From: Octopus bimaculoides
Lineage: Eukaryota
Direction: 5' to 3'
Assembly: GCF_001194135.2 (NCBI RefSeq)
Contig: NC_068986.1
Span: 32,384,688 to 32,426,950 of the forward strand
DNA: 42,263 nt
Shown: in pieces, positions 25,797-36,992 of the stretch
Layout: every line of letters begins with the position of its first letter
Position numbering within the stretch: position 1 is the first letter of the stretch
Notes under the pieces: model-generated
The model's input: only the letters and a program-made list of their open reading frames with translations
Databases searched by the model: none
What the model was told of the DNA's origin: nothing
Translations under genes and position numbers: made by a program

Positions 25797-26510
25797 CGCA
25801 TACACACACATGCATATATACGTATATATAAATACATATATGCATATATTTATGTATCCATATATATATAAATATATATATATATATACAAATGAATATA
25901 TGATTGTATATGTGTATGTGTGTATGTGTGTGCATATATATTTGTTTATATATGTATATATATGCTCATGTTTTTATAGTGCGTAAGCAGGTATATAAAT
26001 ACATACATATTCATTTCTGTGAATTTCATTTCACTGTGTGCGTGTATTGTTTATGCATGTGCATATGTTCATTTGTGTGTGTTAGTGTGCACGTGTGAGT
26101 GTGTTTGTGTGTTCGTATGTTGTGTCTTGTCTGCGTAAATATGTTTTGTCATTTCACCACTTGACATTTTTCAATAAGCAATTTAAAGACGTGCTAAAAA
26201 TTCCGACTCGGTAAAACAGTAGATATTGAATAATTATTTACAGTTCCAATTTCTTCTGAAACATACTGTTTTCAACTTGTCAAGTATATCTTTTTTGAAA
26301 TATATTTTAGGATGCGTTTTAAATATATCTAAACTAATGCTTTTCACACCAAATAGACATTGCAGTTTTACCATGTGTTTTTCGTCGCGTCATTGTGACA
26401 ACACATGTAATTCTGGAAATAACTTTAGTATCCCATCTTCCATTATTCGTGAATAGGGCGCTCAAACGTCTCTACAAAGTGAAGTCCAACTAACATGCAG
26501 AATGCGTTAA

Positions 26511-26753
26511 GGAGGCGTCTCAGGCGGCGAGCTGGCAGAAACGTTAGCACGCCGGGCGAAATGCTTAGCGGTTTTTCGTCTGCCATTACGTTCTGAGTTC
26601 AAATTCCGCCGAGGTCGACTTTGCCTTTCATCCTTTCGGGGTCGATGAAATAAGTACTAGTTATGCACTTGGGTCGGTATAATTGACTTAATCCCTTTGT
26701 CTGTCCTTGTTTGTCCCCTCTGTGTGTAGCCCCTTGTGGGCAGTAAAGAAATA
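26511..26753 (+). mobile_element. SINE family B (tail type B1), young full-length copy
   Basis: Head GGCGGCGAGCTGGCAGAAACGTTAGC; box B-like GAGTTCAAATTCC; central GTCGACTTTGCCTTTCATCCTTTCGGGGTCGAT. TSD AGAATGCGTTAA (26499-26510) / AGAATGTGTTAA (26754-26765). Confidence 0.93.
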
Positions 26754-26964
26754 AGAATGTGTTAATAAGACTTTCTCGAGAGGAACATTGTCTCAGTCTT
26801 TCCAACACTGATTCTCGTCCTTGTTAGTCTTTCTCAAGTCTCACTCATTAGATCACAATTATGCCGGGGGTTTTGTGGTCAAGAGTTTCACCGGATCACA
26901 CCGACAACAGCTCATTCGGTTTTCAGTTTTACAGATATGTTGTCGGTTAATATTAATGTAAGGA

Positions 26965-27185
26965 AGTGAAAGCGGTTGGTGTATAGTATTCACGATTGTA
27001 AGAACGTCGTACATAAGCCCTCATCTCTTAAATATAAAACTGTACTTCACTTCATATTGCTGCTGTCCACTCAACTGGTAAAAAGGAGTAATCTCGTGAC
27101 AGAACGGCGTCCTGTCCAGCAGGGAAATATATACTCCGAACATTATAGGAAACGGGTCTCCTGAGCTTAAGGTTAGGGAAGGACC
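26965..27185 (+). mobile_element. Old SINE (family D) sharing the C2-type tail
   Basis: GTCCACTCAACTGG..GAGTAA..GGCGTCCTGTCCAGCAGGG..GGAAACGGG resembles the tail at 21370-21485. The head is degraded. Confidence 0.55.
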
Positions 27186-27242
27186 TTTGATCTATTTTGT
27201 TTTTCTTTTGCTATACATTCCTGGCAATATATACGCCTAGTT

Positions 27243-27430
27243 TAAGGTGGAAGAATCGTTAGCATAATGGACAAAATTCTTTGCAACATTTCGTCCATTA
27301 TACGTTCTAAGTTCAAATTCCACGGAGGACAACGTGCATTTCATCCTTTTGAGAATCGATAAAATAAGTACTAGCTGATTTACCACCTCACCCAAAATTG
27401 CTGGCTTTGTGCTAAAATATGAAACCACTT
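27243..27430 (+). mobile_element. SINE family B2, degraded
   Basis: AGAATCGTTAGC..GTTCAAATTCC..TTTCATCCTTT..AAATTGCTGGCTTTGTGC..GAAACC. Confidence 0.8.
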
Positions 27431-27771
27431 TATTTAGAACTCGTACTATGACTTTTTTCTCCCCACCAAATGTTCATCACTAATAGAGTTTCTTTGAAAC
27501 ACCTGTTTTCTTTACAATTACTATACATTTATCAATCCCATTTTAAATACTTTTCTTTCTTTGCCTCCTGATTAGGATTACCTGACATAGGTATTTCATT
27601 GTTTCTCATCTCTAAACAATTACCTCCAAATATAAAGAATTTAATTACATAAAGCGAACTTAGAAATATTTGGTTGTCAGCTTTGTTTAAGTTAATCAGC
27701 TTTCTATTTAAAATTCATGAGAAATTTCCATTAAAAATATTTTGAATAATATTATGACTAGTCAAAAAGTT

Positions 27772-28178
27772 GGCAACTTGGCAGAAACGTTAGCATGCCG
27801 GGCGAAATACTTAGCGATATTTCGTCTTTCACTACGTTCTGAGTTCAAACTCCATCGAGGTCGACTTCTATTTTTATCATTTCGGGGTCGATTAAATAAG
27901 TACCAGTTACGCACTGGGGTCCGTTTGTCTGTCCTTGTTTGTCTCCTCTGTGTGTAGCCCCTTGTGGGCAGTAAAGAAATAAGAAACGTAAGCACACCGG
28001 CTTAGCTGAATTTCGTCCGTCTTTATGCTCTGGGTTCAAAATCCGCCGAGGTCGACTTTGACTTCCATCCTTCTGGGATTGGTTAAAATAAATACCAGCT
28101 GAGCATTGGGGTCGATATAATCGACTTATACTCTCTTCCAAAATTGCTGAGCTTGTGACCAAATTTACAACCAATATT
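27772..28178 (+). mobile_element. SINE B1-B2 dimer
   Basis: The B1 unit ends GAAATAAGAAACG (27988) and continues directly as the interior of a B head, then a B2 tail. Confidence 0.88.
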
Positions 28179-28898
28179 AATATTAGCGTCCTTTTCTTCC
28201 AATTTACGGTTTTTGTAAGACACAAAACAGCAAGACCTCTCAAATATTTTATTTACACAGTTTCTGAGACTAGTGCTTGAATACATGAGAGGGAACGGCG
28301 TTTTACTGGTTGCTGTAGAAGACTACTTATCGTTCGTATTAGGTTAAACTGTCGTATGTCCAAATTTGGCCAAATATTTACTTTTGCTTGCAATAGCTGG
28401 TTCTTTTGGTCAAGCTGTTTCAGATACCAAGATATCAAAAATTATCAAAGTATAGTATAACGGTTTTGCTATTGAATGGTGAAATTAATTTTATGTTTTC
28501 TGAAAAAGCAACCTTTTGGACTTACAACACTTTTGCATAATAGCAACGTATTTTTTTCAGTAAAACAAGGAAATACCAAATCCCCAAACTGTAGCCAATG
28601 GAATTTATTAGTAGTAGAGAGTAAGAAATCAAGACTTAGGTGTCACTGCTGTAGAAAGCGGCGCAACGAAACGTCGCTTTAACAAAAACAGACCAAAGCG
28701 TTGGTCTGAACCACGTCATGGTGATCCGCGAGACAAGTGATAGGCTAGGATTGGTCGAAAAACAACGCTGCTTTTGAGAAGGTTAAGAAATAGTGGACGA
28801 ATACGAAGGGAAGTGAAAGATGAAAAACACTGAAAAGATACGGATTCCGATAGTTTGTGCTTTGAAGATTTCTCAACTATTACTCTGCATGTATGTGT

Positions 28899-28935
<37 letters not shown>

Positions 28936-28940
28936 CGTGT

Positions 28941-28971
<31 letters not shown>

Positions 28972-29959
28972 CGTGCGTGTGTGTGTGCGTGTTGCAAAAA
29001 GAAGCAAATGTTCAAGTTAACAAATCCCAAATCAATAAATCACTCGAAATATCTCTTAACTGTTTAGCAAAAACATCAAAAAGAGTGTAAATAACATAAA
29101 CATACACACATGAACACGCATATACACACACACATACATACACACACATACACACACACATGAACACGCATATACACACACACATACATACACACATAAA
29201 CACACACACATGTATATATATATATATATATAGATATATATATATANNNNNNNNNNNNNNNNNNNNNNNNNNNNNNNNNNNNNNNNNNNNNNNNNNNNNN
29301 NNNNNNNNNNNNNNNNNNNNNNNNNNNNNNNNNNNNNNNNNNNNNNNNNNNNNNNNNNNNNNNNNNNNNNNNNNNNNNNNNNNNNNNNNNNNNNNNNNNN
29401 NNNNNNNNNNNNNNNNNNNNNNNNNNNNNNNNNNNNNNNNNNNNNNNNNNNNNNNNNNNNNNNNNNNNNNNNNNNNNNNNNNNNNNNNNNNNNNNNNNNN
29501 NNNNNNNNNNNNNNNNNNNNNNNNNNNNNNNNNNNNNNNNNNNNNNNNNNNNNNNNNNNNNNNNNNNNNNNNNNNNNNNNNNNNNNNNNNNNNNNNNNNN
29601 NNNNNNNNNNNNNNNNNNNNNNNNNNNNNNNNNNNNNNNNNNNNNNNNNNNNNNNNNNNNNNNNNNNNNNNNNNNNNNNNNNNNNNNNNNNNNNNNNNNN
29701 TATATATATATATATATATATATATATCTATATATCTATATATATATATGTATATATATACACATCCACACACACACATGTATATATACATATACACGTG
29801 TGTTATTATATATATATATATATATGTATGTATATATGCATGTACTCTTATATATGTATACATACTTGCATATTTGTGTGTACGCACGTGTGCCAGTGTG
29901 CGTGTGCAGCTGTAGGACGAATTAAAGAAAACAGCTTATTAAATGAATATTTCATTTTT

Positions 29960-30932
29960 TTAAGGCGGCATTGGTCCACGTTTGACATCATTCGCAGATG
30001 TAATACATTGGAAAAATCGACACGCATAGGTTCCGAACAGGTTTTTAGGGAATTTGGATCCATTTTCGAAGTAAAAACATGGCTTAGCTGTTCGAGAGAA
30101 AATGACGGAGTGATACAGTTCGTCATTTACTTGTGCAAAATACACCATAAATTTTCGATAATATTGCAATCCAGTAATTGCGATCCAAAGTTTCGAGTTT
30201 AGTTTTTTGCTCTTCGTACTAGTCTTGAATAACAATAGCCGTGTGAATCGGCACATTATCGATCTAGAAGACTGCATTGCCATCAGTGAACGCTGATTGT
30301 ACTATACGATGGAAATTATCAGCCTAAATACTCAAATGAGTCTTGGCATTCACTCCGACGCGTTGAACAACAACACAAGTTGCCATGAGAATTCCATGGT
30401 ATAACAAAGCAAATTATTGCAGAATCTTCTTCATGCGTCAGGATAGGCGCCAAACAGTGATGACTGGAGGTTTCTTTGGAGTATTTCCATACATAAAATT
30501 GGCACCAAGCAGGAAATAAGGAAATGATCATTTATTGGAAAAGATGACATTGTTCTTTGAGCCATTGATCAGTCTTGATGTGGTACAGGAAGGATTGAGT
30601 TATTGTAGCCCTTCCATGATATTCAACTTTACGCAGCTCAAGAGGAAGGATTTTGGGAGACACAGGTTGACCAGTAGTCGTTTAGCTCTGCTTTCACTTT
30701 TGTTACCGTAGTACAAGTTTTGGACACAAAAGGTTTCGCTGCTCTGCAGTCCTCCTCTATGACCTTTGCCTTCCATCAAGCATTATGCTTGCTCGAGCTG
30801 GTTTTAGTTCGGTTTTGGAATGCCAACATGATTTTAGAAATTTACCTCTTAAATTATTAAATATTTCAGCAGTTTAGTCTAATGTATCTCCAGCTCTCAG
30901 CAGCCCACCAATGTTTTACCTCTTTGAAAATC
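29960..30932 (-). pseudogene. Tc1 transposase pseudogene
   Basis: Collinear motifs: DFQRG..TAEIF; MLAF..KTSSSKHN; VKAELND; PVSPK..ELRKVEYHGRA; NVIFSN; YVWK..CLAP; AVF*IDNVPIHTA; DCNIIENLW; KWIQIP; KRGPMPP*. Many stops and frameshifts. Confidence 0.88.
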
Positions 30933-30937
30933 ATATA

Positions 30938-31354
30938 CTCTTACTCTTTTACTCATTTACTTGTTTCAGTCATTTGACTGCGGCCATGCTGGAGCACCAC
31001 CTTTAGTCGAGAAAATCGACCCCATAACTTATTCTTTGTAAGCCTAGTACTTATTCTATCGGTCTCTTTTTGCCGAGCCACTAAGTTACGGGGATGTAAA
31101 TACACCAGCATCTGTTGTCAAGCGATGGTGGGGGGGGGGACAAACACAGACACACAAACACTCATACATATGTATATATATACATATATACGACAGGCTC
31201 CTTTCAGTTTCCGTCTACCATATCCACTCACAAGGCTTTGGTTGGCCCGAAGCTATAGTAGAAGACAGTTGCCCAAGGTGCCACGCAGTGGGACTGAACC
31301 CGGAATCATGTAGTTGGTAAGCAAGCTACTTACCACACAGCTACTCCTGCGCCT
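30938..31354 (-). mobile_element. SINE family A, full length, nested in Tc1
   Basis: Complete head, core, microsatellite, 3' region and (AAGAGTA)n tail. ATATA duplicated at 30933-30937 and 31355-31359. Confidence 0.95.
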
Positions 31355-32825
31355 ATATAGATTAGAAATTTTAACTCTTATGCAAATGAATATCTTAAAA
31401 TAAGCAGTAAAAGAGAGGGCTTTCATCATGAATACCAGATATATATAATGCATATCTCCAGATGTGTACAGACTAGGACAGAAAATATAGTTAAACCAAA
31501 AATGGTGTTTCAGGTATTTTGTTCAACCCCAGTATAGTTATGCATGCATGGCTTTTTTTATGAGTGTGTGTGTGAACAATTCCAGCATTGTCTACACCAT
31601 CTCTTGACATTTTTAGATTGATTTAGATTTAGTTATACTGGACATTACGTTTCTTTTGAGTAACCAATTTTGTAGATTAGTGTTGGTGTATATGGAGATT
31701 CAAGCAAATTTAAACAAGAAAATTGAATGACTTTTTTCCGGTAGCCAGTGTCTTGCTTTTAAAGGACTCTCAAAATTGCAAGGAACAGCATAGATATTTC
31801 TTCCTTATGACAAATCACTGATAAATGAGAAACGAGGAAATCTTTACAAAATCTTCTCTCAATGTACAAGGTTCTGCAGCAATAGATTTTGTATTTAAAA
31901 TTAATAGGCAGCTGACCTTTCGAAATGTTGCATGTACGAGACAGCCCCTATGTCGATGCACATTCTGAGAGATATAACATCTCAGTCATAATCAATCCCA
32001 CGCTTACCACATCTTCGTGAAGAGATTCTGAATCGATGTGCCGCAGGGGTTTAAGACTTGATACATTCTATATTAAAATTTTGAGTAACTTGAAAATCGT
32101 CTTTAGTAATTGTTATTTTAAACACATATATTGTCGATAAATCAAGATAAGCAATCGTCTTCTATATTTTCCTCTCTATATTTTAACTTTAAATCATAGT
32201 TTTGTTAAACTTTCCATCTGAAACGCACCAGTAATTTTTAAGTCTGCATGTGCAGTTCACCAAACATTTCTTTGTTTGATATCCATTTCGTTACTACGCC
32301 AAAATGATTGAGAACCCATCTGTCCTACTAAGGTCGACAATTAACAGCATGAGGGATACTGTAGTCCTAGGTTTAAATTTTTTTAAAAATAATAAATACC
32401 AGAATATTGATCACGATTGTCACAGTAAATTCTTTCATTGTGTCCCTATTGGATGATCAGGAGTTGAGCAGTAACATCATTAAAATTGCATTCAATTTAC
32501 AGTCACAACAGATAATATCAAAGTTGAGTCGTCTGTTAAAGAGGACAGCAATTTATGTTCTTATAAACGTTCGCAATTAAATTTAGTTGCTGCCGTCTAC
32601 AAAACCATCGACTCCACCACTACAACCACTATAATCAATTCCGTCTATTTTTGTGTGAAGCTGAAAGCTTTTGTAAATGTATTTTTTCGTGAAAGTAGAT
32701 ACAAAATGTAGATATTTCAATATGCATGTTATGTGCGTCTGGGAAATTTGTATAGATTAACCGATGTATGTATTTCATTAAGAAGACGCACTTATCTTCC
32801 ATCGCAGTTGATGAATATACATATA

Positions 32826-33208
32826 CAGGGTGTCCCAAAAGTCACTGTTGGGTTTCAATTTTTAATAACGTCCTTAAATTTACAAGTAAATGCATGAAAT
32901 TTTGAGACAATATAAAGAACACAATGCAAATTAATATGGACAAGTCAAATTTTGCAACACCACTACATCACATATGAAAAATTACATCGCTTAAATAGCA
33001 ACCATTTTCGGTTTCGCTCGCCCGTGCACTGTCCAAAACTTGCACTATAACACCTTCAAGAATTTCAGAGGATACTTCTCTGATTTTTTCTTGTGGGGAT
33101 ACCTGAAAGAGAGGGTTTACGTCAACCAATTTGACTTTTGCATATTAATATCCATTATTTTCTTCGTATTGCATAAAAGTTTCATGCATTTATTTGTAAA
33201 ATAAAGGA
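32826..33208. mobile_element. Short non-autonomous Tc1/mariner derivative (DD37D/DD41D-like)
   Basis: TA-CAGGGTGTCCCAAAAGTC terminus. Minus strand 33081-32968 encodes REVSSEILE..ENGCYLSDVIFHM*. Plus strand 33082-33126 encodes DFFLWGYLKERVYVN. An 81-bp inverted repeat joins 32871-32951 and 33128-33208 (66/81). Confidence 0.82.
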
Positions 33209-33942
33209 AAAAAATGCACAGATACCTTAAAAATATATAAATATATACATATATTAAAAATATATAAANNNNNNNNNNNNNNNNNNNNNNNNNNNNNNNN
33301 NNNNNNNNNNNNNNNNNNNNNNNNNNNNNNNNNNNNNNNNNNNNNNNNNNNNNNNNNNNNNNNNNNNNNNNNNNNNNNNNNNNNNNNNNNNNNNNNNNNN
33401 NNNNNNNNNNNNNNNNNNNNNNNNNNNNNNNNNNNNNNNNNNNNNNNNNNNNNNNNNNNNNNNNNNNNNNNNNNNNNNNNNNNNNNNNNNNNNNNNNNNN
33501 NNNNNNNNNNNNNNNNNNNNNNNNNNNNNNNNNNNNNNNNNNNNNNNNNNNNNNNNNNNNNNNNNNNNNNNNNNNNNNNNNNNNNNNNNNNNNNNNNNNN
33601 NNNNNNNNNNNNNNNNNNNNNNNNNNNNNNNNNNNNNNNNNNNNNNNNNNNNNNNNNNNNNNNNNNNNNNNNNNNNNNNNNNNNNNNNNNNNNNNNNNNN
33701 NNNNNNNNNNNNNNNNNNNNNNNNNNNNNNNNNNNNNNNNNNNNNNNNNNNNNNNNNNNNNNNNNNNNNNNNNNNNNNNNNNNNNNNNNNNNNNNNNNNN
33801 NNNNNNNNNNNNNNNNNNNNNNNNNNNNNNNNNNNNNNNNNNNNNNNNNNNNNNNNNNNNNNNNNNNNNNNNNNNNNNNNNNNNNNNNNNNNNNNNNNNN
33901 NNNNNNNNNNNNNNNNNNNNNNNNNNNNNNNNNNNNNNNNNN

Positions 33943-33973
<31 letters not shown>

Positions 33974-33975
<2 letters not shown>

Positions 33976-34082
33976 GCGCAGGAGTCTTGGCAAAACGTTG
34001 CTGGGCAAGTGTTTTCTACTATAGCTTCTGGCCGACCAAAGCCTTCTCTGTGAATTTCGTTGAGAGAATCTGGAAGAACGCC

Positions 34083-34113
<31 letters not shown>

Positions 34114-34450
34114 TGTATGTATGTATGAATGTATGTATATGTATATATATATACATGTATATGTATATATATGCGAATACATACAGTGTATATGTGTATG
34201 TGTTTGTGTGTGTGCGTGTGTGCGCGCGCTGCATATATGCGTGTGCACGTGTGTATGTGTGTGTGAGGTGTGTCTTTCTGTCTACGTTTGTTCCCTCCAC
34301 AGTCACTTGACAATCGGTGTTGGTGTGTTTACATCCCCGTAACAGAGAGGTTCTGCAAAAGAAAAAAGAATAAGTACCAAACGTAAGAAGAAAAATAAGT
34401 ACGGTGCCCCAGCATGGCCGATGCCTAATGAGGGAAACAATTAAAATACA
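33974..34450 (+). mobile_element. SINE family A, head deletion and expanded internal microsatellite
   Basis: AGGCGCAGGAGT..TGGGCAAGTG..GGCCGACCAAAGCC, about 190 bp of TATG/TG repeat, then 3' region and CCAGCATGGCC tail. Confidence 0.85.
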
Positions 34451-34456
34451 AAATAT

Positions 34457-34836
34457 ACTTGTTACTTTCTTCAGTCATTTCACTGTGACCATGCTGGAGC
34501 ATCGCTTTGAAGGGTTTGAGTCGAATGAATCGACTATCTTTTTTAAAGCCTGGTGTTTATTCAATCGTACTCTTCCTTGTTGAACCACTAGGTTACGGGG
34601 CCGTAAACACACCATCACCGGTTCTCAAGTGGTGGTGGGGGACAATTACAGAGACAAAGACACATACAAAGACATACATGTATATATGATGGGCTTCTTT
34701 CAGTTTCCGTCTGCCGAATCTACTCACCAGGCTTTGGTCACCCCGAAGCTATAGTAGAAGACACTTGCCCAAGGTGCCACGTAGTGGGACTGAAATCGGA
34801 ACCATGGGTTGGGAAGGAAGCTTTTTACCACGCAGC

Positions 34837-34848
<12 letters not shown>
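34457..34848 (-). mobile_element. SINE family A, full length, tail-to-tail with the previous copy
   Basis: All A modules are present on the minus strand. Confidence 0.88.
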
Positions 34849-34913
<65 letters not shown>

Positions 34914-35548
34914 GCACATACGCACATATGCGCGTTCTTATCCATTCCAAGTATCGGAAACAGGAAACATCAGCTGTAAAAAAGTCTCTATGCAAAAATG
35001 TACAATTGTACTTGATTCTGAGCAAAATACAGAGTGAACAGACTGATTTAATTAAATAAATTAAAGGGAGAAAATCCAAAACCTGAGAAAAGTACGTCCT
35101 GCGTATATGATCCTCCATCAAAAATAGAACGTCTGGATATTCATGTAAAACAGCTATAAGCAAGAAAGATTCAATTAAATCACATTTCCTTTTAGTTAAC
35201 AAATACATTAAAGCCAATTAGAGAATAGACTAGCCGTATGCTATAAAATATATCACTGGAGTTGAATTAATTTTATAATATTTTTTTATGTGTTATGGTG
35301 TACCATACTTCTAGTTCCAATTATAATCGGAAGTTCGTTTGTCTAACTAGCATGAATATGCATTAAATATATCTGACAATTTTGCATCTATGTATGGGTT
35401 TTAGTGATTTTTGAATTATATATGTGTAAACGTCTGCATGCGAGCAAGCGTCATTGAACATATACGTGCATGCAGAAGCAGACGTCTTCCAAATATAAAT
35501 ACGCACCCAACCCGTATTCACATAATCACTTGACCAGACACAAGTGTA

Positions 35549-35603
<55 letters not shown>

Positions 35604-36298
35604 NNNNNNNNNNNNNNNNNNNNNNNNNNNNNNNNNNNNNNNNNNNNNNNNNNNNNNNNNNNNNNNNNNNNNNNNNNNNNNNNNNNNNNNNNNNNNNNNN
35701 NNNNNNNNNNNNNNNNNNNNNNNNNNNNNNNNNNNNNNNNNNNNNNNNNNNNNNNNNNNNNNNNNNNNNNNNNNNNNNNNNNNNNNNNNNNNNNNNNNNN
35801 NNNNNNNNNNNNNNNNNNNNNNNNNNNNNNNNNNNNNNNNNNNNNNNNNNNNNNNNNNNNNNNNNNNNNNNNNNNNNNNNNNNNNNNNNNNNNNNNNNNN
35901 NNNNNNNNNNNNNNNNNNNNNNNNNNNNNNNNNNNNNNNNNNNNNNNNNNNNNNNNNNNNNNNNNNNNNNNNNNNNNNNNNNNNNNNNNNNNNNNNNNNN
36001 NNNNNNNNNNNNNNNNNNNNNNNNNNNNNNNNNNNNNNNNNNNNNNNNNNNNNNNNNNNNNNNNNNNNNNNNNNNNNNNNNNNNNNNNNNNNNNNNNNNN
36101 NNNNNNNNNNNNNNNNNNNNNNNNNNNNNNNNNNNNNNNNNNNNNNNNNNNNNNNNNNNNNNNNNNNNNNNNNNNNNNNNNNNNNNNNNNNNNNNNNNNN
36201 NNNNNNNNNNNNNNNNNNNNNNNNNNNNNNNNNNNNNNNNNNNNNNNNNNNNNNNNNNNNNNNNNNNNNNNNNNNNNNNNNNNNNNNNNNNNNNNNNN

Positions 36299-36540
36299 TG
36301 GTGTGGTGTGATGTGAGGGTGTTGGGAGGTGGGGAAGGCATGGGTGGAGTGTGGGTTAGGCTGAGGGTGGGGTAGAGGTAGGGGTGTGTGGGTAGGGTGG
36401 GGTATGTGGGTAGGGGTGGGTGGTGGGTGTAAGGAATTGGATGTGGTGGAGTGGGAAGGTTGAGTAGGAGTGTGGTGGGGTGTGGTGGGATGAGCTTATG
36501 AGGGGGTGCTGACGAGGAGGGAGAAGGGGAAGGTGGAGGT
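36299..36540 (+). repeat. G/T-rich low-complexity tract with dense G3 runs
   Basis: Ten runs of at least 3 G between 36365 and 36427. Confidence 0.85.
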
Positions 36541-36794
36541 AAGAATATATATATATATATATATACATGTATTTTGTCGTCATTAATTCTGAGTGGGGGC
36601 GCTGAAGCACCTAGACTGCAAGAAATAAACGTCTAAAACTCTTACTGCTGTCAGACGCATACAATATATACACTGCCAGGGAAGATAACCACCCCATGAG
36701 CGTCTCAAGACCGGACTAGTTTCGCTTATCAGTCGTAACTCTCGTCAATAGTAACTCTTCAAACGCACGATGGTTTGGCTAAGTCCGGCTGTCA

Positions 36795-36862
<68 letters not shown>

Positions 36863-36992
36863 TTCAAGATAAGTGGGTATTGCATTTAACAGTATGCTGA
36901 ATGCTAAAGAGGTAACGGTTGATTTTGTAAGTTCTTCGTCAGCTATTTTTCTTGACACCTTATATACAAAATGATAACACAGACTGATTTAT

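Larger units (their letters stand above)
29907..31532 (-). mobile_element. Full-span Tc1-like DNA transposon relic interrupted by a SINE
   Basis: 5' TIR CTGGGGTTGAACAAAATACCTGAAACACC (31532-31504) with flanking TA. Degenerate partner at 29907-29935 (17/29). Transposase relic lies between; about 1.2 kb after removing the SINE. Confidence 0.8.
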
